DNA of 64,000 nucleotides from a virus. The position numbers and the translations under genes are program-made. The notes beneath the pieces are model-generated. The model was given only the letters and a program-made list of their open reading frames with translations. It made no database searches and was not told the DNA's origin. The stretch is taken from the IMG/VR virus record IMGVR_UViG_3300020166_000010; one strand, 5' to 3'. Positions 56,758 through 64,000 of the stretch are shown piece by piece. Every line of letters begins with the position of its first letter. Position 1 is the first letter of the stretch.

Positions 56758-56786
56758 CCTCCCGGTTATGTGGTGTTTCCGGGAGG
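56758..56786. other. 8-bp GC hairpin whose 13-nt loop is antisense to the upstream gene's start region
   Basis: CCTCCCGG-TTATGTGGTGTTT-CCGGGAGG. Confidence 0.65.
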
Positions 56787-57347
56787 TTTGGTGTATTTGG
56801 AGCATTGGGGCACCTGTATATCCTCGGACCGGTCATGGTAAAAAACGCTCCTCCGGTGTGAGCCAATTGGCGTTGGGGTTTAAGGTTCCTACAGGGACTT
56901 TACTTGGATGCTATATTTAGGGATTACTTGGGAATACCCTTGGATGGCTAGGAGAATCCTTACAAGCCTATCTAGCTTTCTTATATCTCTATTAGGTTAT
57001 TATAGGAGGATGGAGTTTTAAGATCTTATATACCTATACCTATATCTCTATTACTAGGATCCGTATTACTTGGATAGTTGTTTGCCTTATCTTGCTTGTC
57101 TCTTCTTAGATCTCTTATATCTTTCTTTCTTTTCTTATTCTTCTTGTTGGGATTCTTATTCTTATCTCTTCTTTGTTATCTATTATGATTGATTCTTTTG
57201 GTCACGTGCGAGGGTCCATTTTACAAGAATCTTTGCACGCTCGGGTGGTTTGTAGTGTGGTCGGTCAAAAGGATTGATATTCTACAGGTTTTTAGGATCG
57301 GGTTCTTAAGGAGTGAGCCTATATATACCTCTTCTTTTTGTCACCTT

Positions 57348-57425
57348 ATTTGGAATGATTATAAATTACAAAAGTTTTCACCCTAGATTTTTTTATATCA
57401 ATAATTAGTGTTATATTTACTATAT
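57348..57425 (+). promoter_or_regulatory. early promoter with variant palindromic operator
   Basis: ATTTGGAATGATTATAAAT at 57348-57366; TATATTTA at 57412-57419. Confidence 0.72.
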
Positions 57426-57447
57426 AATAATTAAAACAACTACACTC

Positions 57448-57825
57448 ATGCCTTACATTACTAAAGATCAAGTTTCTCAAAAAAGAAAAGAATTAAAAGC
57501 TGCCTTACCTGACTATAAGCTATCTATTACTACTGAACATTATTCTGGTATTAAGGTTGCTATCATGGCAGGTCCTACTGATTTTGGAACTGAATACTCT
57601 CAACTAAATCCTCATCATGATTATCGAGGAGAAACTTGGAACCGCTATACTGAAGAATACGATTCTAACCCTCCTATCCAAGATGTTCTAGATATTATTA
57701 TGCCTATTCTAAATGAAGGCAAAGGAGAGGGTCATGAAGATGGAGATTACGGTATGATTCCTGATTATTATACTTGGGTTCATATTGGTAAATGGGATAA
57801 AGCTTATGAAATTAAAACTAAATAA
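57448..57825 (+). CDS. early protein, LPD29-like (tentative)
   Basis: RKELKAALP.YKLSI..YS.I.V..GP pattern. Confidence 0.6.
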   Translation: MPYITKDQVSQKRKELKAALPDYKLSITTEHYSGIKVAIMAGPTDFGTEYSQLNPHHDYRGETWNRYTEEYDSNPPIQDVLDIIMPILNEGKGEGHEDGDYGMIPDYYTWVHIGKWDKAYEIKTK

Positions 57826-57826
57826 T

Positions 57827-58054
57827 ATGACAAACGAAAACACAGGATATCTTCCACAAATCGCATTCAATCTAGTAGATGAAAATAGAACTACACTTGA
57901 GTATTTTATTAATAAACATATTGAAGAGTTTGGAAAGTTTTCATCCTCTGATCTAATGTGGATCTTTGATGCTTCTGCTAGTATTAAAAGAACCCGAGCT
58001 CAGGAAACTAATGAATGGAATGACAGCCTTAATATTGAATCTTATACACTTTAA
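57827..58054 (+). CDS. hypothetical protein
   Basis: ORF with start reassigned to MTNENT. Confidence 0.6.
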   Translation: MTNENTGYLPQIAFNLVDENRTTLEYFINKHIEEFGKFSSSDLMWIFDASASIKRTRAQETNEWNDSLNIESYTL

Positions 58055-58058
58055 AATT

Positions 58059-58346
58059 ATGAAAACAAAAGAATTAATTTGGAAATTAGAATCTACTATC
58101 TATTTATTAGATGAGATTGTTTTAAACTATCGATCTGAAGATTGGAATATGTTAAAAGCTCGCATTGCTGATCATATTGGAGTCACTAAAGGCTCGGTTA
58201 ATATGGCTATAGGAAATCTAAAGTGGATTTTATCTGATGGCTCTGAAGGCCTCTCTGCTTATACTGTTCGTCAGGAGGAAGCGGTTAGACTTACTTTAGA
58301 GAAATATGAATTAAGTAAGCAAAAACTTTTAATGATACTATCTTAA
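58059..58346 (+). CDS. hypothetical protein, possible HTH
   Basis: RIADHIGVTKGSVNMAI helix-turn-helix-like segment. Confidence 0.6.
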   Translation: MKTKELIWKLESTIYLLDEIVLNYRSEDWNMLKARIADHIGVTKGSVNMAIGNLKWILSDGSEGLSAYTVRQEEAVRLTLEKYELSKQKLLMILS

Positions 58347-58355
58347 TTATTAAAC

Positions 58356-59414
58356 ATGAAAATTAAATTTATTATAATCGCATTTTTTGTAGCAGCTACA
58401 TGTAATGCACAGAAAACCCTTGTATCTGACATCACAGATGTAGATCTAAGTAATACAGAGCAATCAGGATATGTTAATTGGGATTTCACCAATAATACAA
58501 CCGGATATGCCTGGACCTGGGGAGCACCTGGAATGCTAGTCTATGGAGATGCGCCTGAAATGTGCTTGGACATAGAAGCTGAAATTAAAAACATATCTCA
58601 CGTATGGGGAGCTGGTATCTCTATTGGAGTAGATGAATCCTCAACAAACAGTGAACTAAAGTATAATGGCATTAATAACTATTATTTATCAGTAGAAGAC
58701 GATGTTGTTGGATTATTTAGAGGAACCAATAACACACAAGAAGATTTCATGGCTGATACACTAGCATACGTCGGTGTGACAATTGATCAAACTGAATGGT
58801 ATAAATTAAGATTAAAAATAGAAGCAGATACGATATATGGATATGTTAACGATGTTCTATACATTAACCATAAGGTAGATAGTATACAAAAGAACGGTAA
58901 GTTTGCTATAGTATCTTCTAATAGTGAAAATACATATAAGAATATAAAAGCAAGATATCACAAAGATCCATACTATATTAGTAGTGATACTATTGTAGAA
59001 TTTGTAAGTGATGTTAATCACCCAGAATGGAATAACTTACCTGTCACTCGATTAGATAGTGTTGAAACTGTAGTAGAAGCCGATGGATTAGATCATTTCA
59101 TAAGCCATTATATACAATATAAAGAATCTGAATCAATTAATATAGGAGATGATGATTGTGATTGCATTTGCCCAGCAGTAACTACCCTATCGATATATCC
59201 AAATCCAGTATCTGAATATATTAACGTAAGTATACAACAGCCTGAAGGAACACTCAAGGTTTATAGCATGCATGGATCATCTGTTAAATCCTATGATTTA
59301 AAATATGGAATTAATAGAATAGATATGACAAGATATCCAATAGGACATTATTTATTCAAAGTAGAATACGAAGGAAGAAAGGCATTAATAGAAAAGATAA
59401 TAGTAACTCATTAA
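58356..59414 (+). CDS. secreted protein with signal peptide, beta-sandwich domain and T9SS type-A C-terminal sorting domain
   Basis: MKIKFIIIAFFVAATCNA/Q signal peptide; C-terminal IYPNP..I.V..VYS..G..G.YLFKV..KII. Confidence 0.85.
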   Translation: MKIKFIIIAFFVAATCNAQKTLVSDITDVDLSNTEQSGYVNWDFTNNTTGYAWTWGAPGMLVYGDAPEMCLDIEAEIKNISHVWGAGISIGVDESSTNSELKYNGINNYYLSVEDDVVGLFRGTNNTQEDFMADTLAYVGVTIDQTEWYKLRLKIEADTIYGYVNDVLYINHKVDSIQKNGKFAIVSSNSENTYKNIKARYHKDPYYISSDTIVEFVSDVNHPEWNNLPVTRLDSVETVVEADGLDHFISHYIQYKESESINIGDDDCDCICPAVTTLSIYPNPVSEYINVSIQQPEGTLKVYSMHGSSVKSYDLKYGINRIDMTRYPIGHYLFKVEYEGRKALIEKIIVTH

Positions 59415-59420
59415 ATATTT

Positions 59421-60014
59421 ATGATAATATACGTTGCACCCCCTCGAGGGATTCAAGAAAAACAAGATTGCTTTAATTGGCTAACACAATATGGACATGA
59501 AGTTGTTTGGTTAGATTTAAGACGTAAAGTCAAAGGCCCTCTACTCTTATGTGGAGGCGCTGATATCGGTAAAGATCAAGAACGCGATGATCGAGAAAAG
59601 ATTTGGATTAAACAAACCCTTGCTGATGGATATCCTATTATTGGTCTTTGTCGAGGCATGCAAGTTTTAAACTCTTATTTTGGAGGTGTTGTTGAAGATC
59701 TTAGCGATCGTATAGTAGAAGATCATAAAGCTGCTGATTTTTCAGAAAATATTGACCACAGTGGAAAACCTTCACAATTTCACACAGTAGAAGATTTACA
59801 TGGTAAATTAATAAACGTTAATTCTCGACACCATCAACATTGTTCAGTAATAGCAGACAATTTCAAGGCCACTCATCTTTCATATCCTTTATATTCTGTA
59901 ATAGAAGGTTTTGAAGATATTGATCAAAAGATTTGGGCAGTGCAGTGGCATCCTGAAAAAATGGAATCCGAAGATAATGAATACCCTTTAAATAAACTAA
60001 TTAATTTAAAATAA
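59421..60014 (+). CDS. class I glutamine amidotransferase / peptidase C26 (PuuD-like)
   Basis: GGADI, GLCRGMQ, VNSRHHQ and VQWHPE motifs. Confidence 0.88.
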   Translation: MIIYVAPPRGIQEKQDCFNWLTQYGHEVVWLDLRRKVKGPLLLCGGADIGKDQERDDREKIWIKQTLADGYPIIGLCRGMQVLNSYFGGVVEDLSDRIVEDHKAADFSENIDHSGKPSQFHTVEDLHGKLINVNSRHHQHCSVIADNFKATHLSYPLYSVIEGFEDIDQKIWAVQWHPEKMESEDNEYPLNKLINLK

Positions 60015-60268
60015 TGGACCAAAACATGATACTAAGATCTGGCAAATATCAAGGATATACTGTCAGAGAAGCTTATCGAAAAGACCCTTCATATATTAGA
60101 TGGGTTATTGAAAATGTACCGGCAATGCTAAAGAGCCACGGCCCTAGTAAAAAAGCTAAAGTAGTAGAAGCTCGTAAACCATTTGAATATAAGCAACCAC
60201 CTGATGTTGAAAAGACTATAGAAAATGGTTGGATTCCACCTGGCAGTGTAGAAGATGCATTTTTTTGA
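60014..60268 (+). CDS. small ExoX-C-terminal/DUF3820-like protein
   Basis: GKYQG..DPSYIRW motif. Confidence 0.6.
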   Translation: MDQNMILRSGKYQGYTVREAYRKDPSYIRWVIENVPAMLKSHGPSKKAKVVEARKPFEYKQPPDVEKTIENGWIPPGSVEDAFF

Positions 60269-60284
60269 AAATAAATGAATTTTT

Positions 60285-60345
60285 GTGAAAATAAATGCAT
60301 AAAAGTTTTTTTATCCCAATAAAAAGTGTTATATTTAATTATAAT
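60285..60345 (+). promoter_or_regulatory. early-type promoter without the palindrome
   Basis: AAAATAAATGCATAAAAGTTTTTTTAT...GTGTTATATTTA. Confidence 0.65.
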
Positions 60346-60361
60346 TAAAAAAGCAATAGAC

Positions 60362-60694
60362 ATGAACAAATTAGAAACATTAGGATTAGTTGAAATAACT
60401 TCAAAAACTCAAAAGAAAAACGGTACAAGATGCTTTTACGATCCAATCGCTGATTGCGATTATCTAAGTTATGAAAGTGGATATGTTCGTAGAGCTTATA
60501 CTAAAGCTACTCACTACTCTTCTAGACTACACCGAACAATTTATCAATTAAACCTCAAGGGTCGTGGTTACTACAAAAGCCAATACAGCGATAAAATCTA
60601 CGAAACAACCGTTCGTTTAATGATTCCAAGTGAACAAGCTAGACTTGATCGACTTGCTAAGTGTGTTGTTATTTATAGAAAAAATAAACTTTAA
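60362..60694 (+). CDS. hypothetical early protein
   Basis: ORF with start reassigned to MNKLET. Confidence 0.7.
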   Translation: MNKLETLGLVEITSKTQKKNGTRCFYDPIADCDYLSYESGYVRRAYTKATHYSSRLHRTIYQLNLKGRGYYKSQYSDKIYETTVRLMIPSEQARLDRLAKCVVIYRKNKL

Positions 60695-60789
60695 TATGAT
60701 ACTTGAATGGATTATAGTAGGCTCTATTCTAATAGCATGGAATGCCTTTCTAATTATTAAAATGCGTAAAGAAGATAAATAGATTAACA

Positions 60790-62319
60790 ATGAATTTTAT
60801 AGAAGAGATCATCGAGAGTGGAGACACATCTAATTTAATGTTTAGATTTCCTCCAGAACCTAATGGACACCTACACTTAGGACATGCCAAAGCAATTTGT
60901 CTTAATTTTGATTTAGCACACAAATATAAAACAGGGTGCAATCTTAGATTTGACGATACTAATCCATTGGCAGAGTCTACTGTATTTGCAGATTCTATCA
61001 TGGAAGATGTTGCTTGGCTTGGATATAGACCTACCGAAGTCGAAGAAACTAGTAACTATTTTAAATTTATACAAAGATGTGCTAGTCAATTGATTATACA
61101 AGGTGATGCATACATGGATGATTCAACATCCGAAGAGATTGCTGAATTAAAAGGAGATCTTGAAAATCCAGGATCCGATTCGCCATATCGCAATAGAACG
61201 ATTGCAGAAAATTTAGAAGAATTTAGAAAGCTATGTGAAGGCAGTATCAAAACTGTTTTGAGAGCTAAAATCGACATGGCAGATCCTAATCTATTAATGA
61301 GAGATCCTGTTATCTATAGATCTATTGATGCCCCTCACCATAACACAGGCACGGACTTTAAAGCGTATCCTATGTATGATTTTGCACATCCTATTTCAGA
61401 TTGGAAAGAAGACATCACACATTCATTATGTACTTTAGAATTTGAAGCGCATCGACCTTTTTATAATTGGACTCTTGATAAATTATTCGATACTAGTGTC
61501 TTTGGTCCTAATCCTCGTCAAATTGAATTCTCAAGATTAAATGTACAAGGGTTTACTTTAAGTAAAAGATATTTAAAAGAACTTGTAGAAGAAGGAGTTG
61601 TTGATGGATGGGACGATCCTCGCATGCCAACATTGAAAGGATTAAAGCGTCGTGGATTTACTCCAGATGCTATTAGAAACTTTTGTGAAAAGGTTGGAAT
61701 CTCTAAAAGAGAATCTCAAATTGAGAGATCTTTATTAGATGGATGTTTACGTGATGATTTAAATAAGATTTCAGAACGCAGAATGGTAGTCAAAGATCCA
61801 ATTAAACTAACAATTGTTGGTGATTTTAAACCAGGATTTGCTGCTCTTGAAAATAATCCAGAATCATCTATAATATCAGCTCGTAAAGTAAATTACTCTG
61901 AACAATTCTGGATTGAACGAGAAGACTTTAGAGTAAGTGCCAATAAGAAATATAAAAGACTAAAACTCGGAGATAATGTTAGACTAAAGGGTGTTTGTAT
62001 TGTAAAGGCGGTTGATTACACTGAAATAGATGGTATAATCACTGAAGTGTTTTGTGAACATTATCCTGATAGTTTTTCAGGAATGAAAACAGATGTAAAA
62101 GCGAAAGGAACAATACATTGGGTAAATAGAGATGAAGCAGTTGAAATTAAATTAAACCACTTTGATGGATTAGATAAAGGAACAATTTCAGCGTTTGGAG
62201 AACCTTTATTGAGGCTAGAATACGAAAAACCAGTACAATTCGTTCGACATGGCTACTATATGAAAGATGGGGACAGTTGGAACCATTCAGTATCTTTAAA
62301 AAGTAGTTATAATGGGTGA
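60790..62319 (+). CDS. glnS: glutaminyl-tRNA synthetase
   Basis: RFPPEPNG.LHLGHAK, CNLRFDDTNP, YP.YDFAH, THSLCTLEF, LSKR, GWDDPR and KGTIHWV motifs. Confidence 0.93.
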   Translation: MNFIEEIIESGDTSNLMFRFPPEPNGHLHLGHAKAICLNFDLAHKYKTGCNLRFDDTNPLAESTVFADSIMEDVAWLGYRPTEVEETSNYFKFIQRCASQLIIQGDAYMDDSTSEEIAELKGDLENPGSDSPYRNRTIAENLEEFRKLCEGSIKTVLRAKIDMADPNLLMRDPVIYRSIDAPHHNTGTDFKAYPMYDFAHPISDWKEDITHSLCTLEFEAHRPFYNWTLDKLFDTSVFGPNPRQIEFSRLNVQGFTLSKRYLKELVEEGVVDGWDDPRMPTLKGLKRRGFTPDAIRNFCEKVGISKRESQIERSLLDGCLRDDLNKISERRMVVKDPIKLTIVGDFKPGFAALENNPESSIISARKVNYSEQFWIEREDFRVSANKKYKRLKLGDNVRLKGVCIVKAVDYTEIDGIITEVFCEHYPDSFSGMKTDVKAKGTIHWVNRDEAVEIKLNHFDGLDKGTISAFGEPLLRLEYEKPVQFVRHGYYMKDGDSWNHSVSLKSSYNG

Positions 62320-62529
62320 TCCTTTAGATATATAAAGAAAACAGACAAAAAGCCATGATAATATTTTGCATTGTATTCTTAGCCGTTAGCTTCGTAATTG
62401 GAGTTAACATGCTATTAGAATCTAGAAATCGTAAGTAATTGTTAATAACTTTTTTAAAATAAGTGAGTCAGGATTTTCCTGGTTCACTTTTTTTGGTTAT
62501 ATTTATACTATAATTAAAAGATAATTAAC

Positions 62530-62961
62530 ATGGCAATACCTAAAATTTACAAGTACGGAATCGAAATCACAAAGCCCTGGTCTTCTGAGATGTACGATTT
62601 TAACGAAAACATCAAAGAATACTATCAAGATCAAATCAAAGATCTGATAAACTCCCTCAAAACAACAGAAGATTGTAATTTTATCGCTGGAATAGTAAAT
62701 CCATACAGATATGGAATAGGAACTTCCGATGATATTGAGTACATGAAGTCAGATATGATTAAGAACATTGAGAATGCTGAAAGCCACTGGATGAAAGAGG
62801 TTATTGAAGAACTTTTGATCTTACAGAGAATTTACCCTATGATTTGTGAAGCTACTCCAGAAATGCCAGCAATTTCTCTATATGATTTAGGAATTCCAAT
62901 GAACATTATTGGGTTTGAAACTCGCGATGAGATCTTACTTTTGCGCGAAAGATATTCTTAA
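62530..62961 (+). CDS. hypothetical protein
   Basis: ORF behind an early-type promoter (62437-62505). Confidence 0.7.
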   Translation: MAIPKIYKYGIEITKPWSSEMYDFNENIKEYYQDQIKDLINSLKTTEDCNFIAGIVNPYRYGIGTSDDIEYMKSDMIKNIENAESHWMKEVIEELLILQRIYPMICEATPEMPAISLYDLGIPMNIIGFETRDEILLLRERYS

Positions 62962-62974
62962 AGCATTAATTCTT

Positions 62975-63060
62975 ATTTATAATCATTATAAATAGGACCT
63001 CAACCCAAAATAAATGCACAAAAGTTTTTTTATATCAATAAAAAGTGTTATATTTAACTA
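62975..63060 (+). promoter_or_regulatory. early promoter with palindromic operator
   Basis: Operator 62975-62993; TATATTTA at 63049-63056 (55 bp away). Confidence 0.75.
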
Positions 63061-63079
63061 TAATTAAAAAACAAACAAT

Positions 63080-63460
63080 ATGTCAATCAACACAGTTTTA
63101 GTTCACACACAGTACGAAGAGAATTACGGGTTTCATGAAGGTAACTTCCATTGGAAGCCTAAAGGCAGTCACACATTTCAGATCGAGATGGATGCAGATC
63201 ATATGTTTTATTCTGACCCTGCTAAAGTTTTCAGCAAGATGTTAGAGAAGCACAATTCAGATCTTGAAAGATTCACGTATGTCGATCATGATATTCAGTT
63301 TCATTCACCTACTATTCTTGGTAATCAAGATGATTATATTAAGGCTAATCAATCAATAACGGATCAAGAAGATATTCAAGATTTTGAAGAAGTTAATCAC
63401 GTTATTGCTGGTGTCGATTTCTCAGATAGTATTAATCAATTAAATAACCTTAAACTATAA
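63080..63460 (+). CDS. hypothetical early protein
   Basis: TQYEENYG..WKPKG motif seen in large-phage early proteins. Confidence 0.7.
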   Translation: MSINTVLVHTQYEENYGFHEGNFHWKPKGSHTFQIEMDADHMFYSDPAKVFSKMLEKHNSDLERFTYVDHDIQFHSPTILGNQDDYIKANQSITDQEDIQDFEEVNHVIAGVDFSDSINQLNNLKL

Positions 63461-63565
63461 ATTTATGAAAACTCCTAAACAATTAAGAGACAGTTATCGA
63501 ATGGTCGGATTCAGTATGGTCGGACTTGTAATTATTTTAATATCCCTAATAATTTTTGAAAATAT

Positions 63566-63790
63566 ATGTCAGTAGAAACTTTATATGCAATACCAAGTGT
63601 TAATTGCTTTATTAACGATGATTTGATTGTATATCCAATGAATGATCGAAGTGAACCAGATTTAAGCCAATGGAATGAGCTTGAAAATCTAACATCAGAA
63701 TTCGTTAATAAATTAAACACAGAAGACGATTCCCTTATCTCAGAACTAATATACTGGAAAGTTAGATTTTCAGAAAATATAAACAACTAA
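63566..63790 (+). CDS. hypothetical protein
   Basis: ORF in operon. Confidence 0.6.
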   Translation: MSVETLYAIPSVNCFINDDLIVYPMNDRSEPDLSQWNELENLTSEFVNKLNTEDDSLISELIYWKVRFSENINN

Positions 63791-63800
63791 AAAATAAAAA

Positions 63801-64000
63801 ATGAAAGTACCTAATTTTGAAATAGCATTATCTGAAACAGCAACTCTCGTAGAAATCGCTGGTTATATTTTCGATAATTATAATAATGATCCACAATTTA
63901 TTGCAGCACTCCGCGATGATAGCCAACCATGGCCAGATGGAGTACAAGAAGTCCTAGATGCTCACGATGTTTTAGTAGAAGAATTAATTGATTCGCTAGA
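63801..64000 (+). CDS. hypothetical protein, runs off the window
   Basis: Hand-translated MKVPNFEIALSETATLVEIAG... Confidence 0.55.
   Translation, partial: MKVPNFEIALSETATLVEIAGYIFDNYNNDPQFIAALRDDSQPWPDGVQEVLDAHDVLVEELIDSL

Noticed and set aside
53854-56786. Flanking inverted repeats interpreted as IS/transposon ends
   Set aside because: There is no transposase or target-site duplication. The pairings need G-U and end at the start codon, which fits RNA-level pairing better.
1-64000. Alternative genetic code (stop-codon recoding seen in some Bacteroidota phages)
   Set aside because: Recognisable genes are full length in code 11, and TAG/TGA act as real stops at gene ends.
1-64000. Bacterial chromosome or giant eukaryotic virus origin
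   Set aside because: Housekeeping-like genes are isolated among baseplate genes and small orphans, with bacterial-type promoters and terminators, which fits a jumbo phage.

Overview
This is a 64-kb slice of an AT-rich, gene-dense jumbo (T4-like, contractile-tailed) bacteriophage genome in the standard genetic code. The host is almost certainly a Bacteroidota/Flavobacteria bacterium: bS1, bS21 and ClpP are Bacteroidota-type, one protein carries a T9SS sorting signal, and start codons lack Shine-Dalgarno sequences. From 1 to about 53 kb nearly all genes are on the minus strand. They include a baseplate module, ribosomal proteins bS1 and bS21, a cluster of proteins with a shared capsid-targeting-like N-terminus, and nucleotide/repair genes (dCMP deaminase, UvsE, RNase HII, PhoH, a 3'-5' exonuclease, a dCMP-hydroxymethylase-like enzyme). 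Also on this strand are DnaJ, ClpP/ClpC and a 22-kb fibre island with four collagen-like genes flanked by 2OG-Fe(II) oxygenases and glycosyltransferases. From about 53 kb small early-type genes run on the plus strand (DUF932-like, RadA-like, tRNA-CAU, T9SS cargo, GATase, GlnRS), with unusual GC-rich non-coding tracts at 50.9-51.8 kb and 56.7-57.3 kb. Best candidates for undescribed biology: (1) three paralogous collagen chains of matched triplet length, one lacking a residue every 21, which would give a programmed-curvature heterotrimeric fibre with its own modifying enzymes; (2) an N-domain-less ClpC plus four UVR-motif (EEYEKC) putative adaptors; (3) early promoters with a PerR/Fur-box palindrome at helically phased 45/55-bp spacing; (4) early mRNAs whose 3' ends are complementary to their own start-codon region; (5) a phage-encoded T9SS cargo protein. 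All family calls come from motif recognition by eye and all counts were made by hand; no database searches were run.
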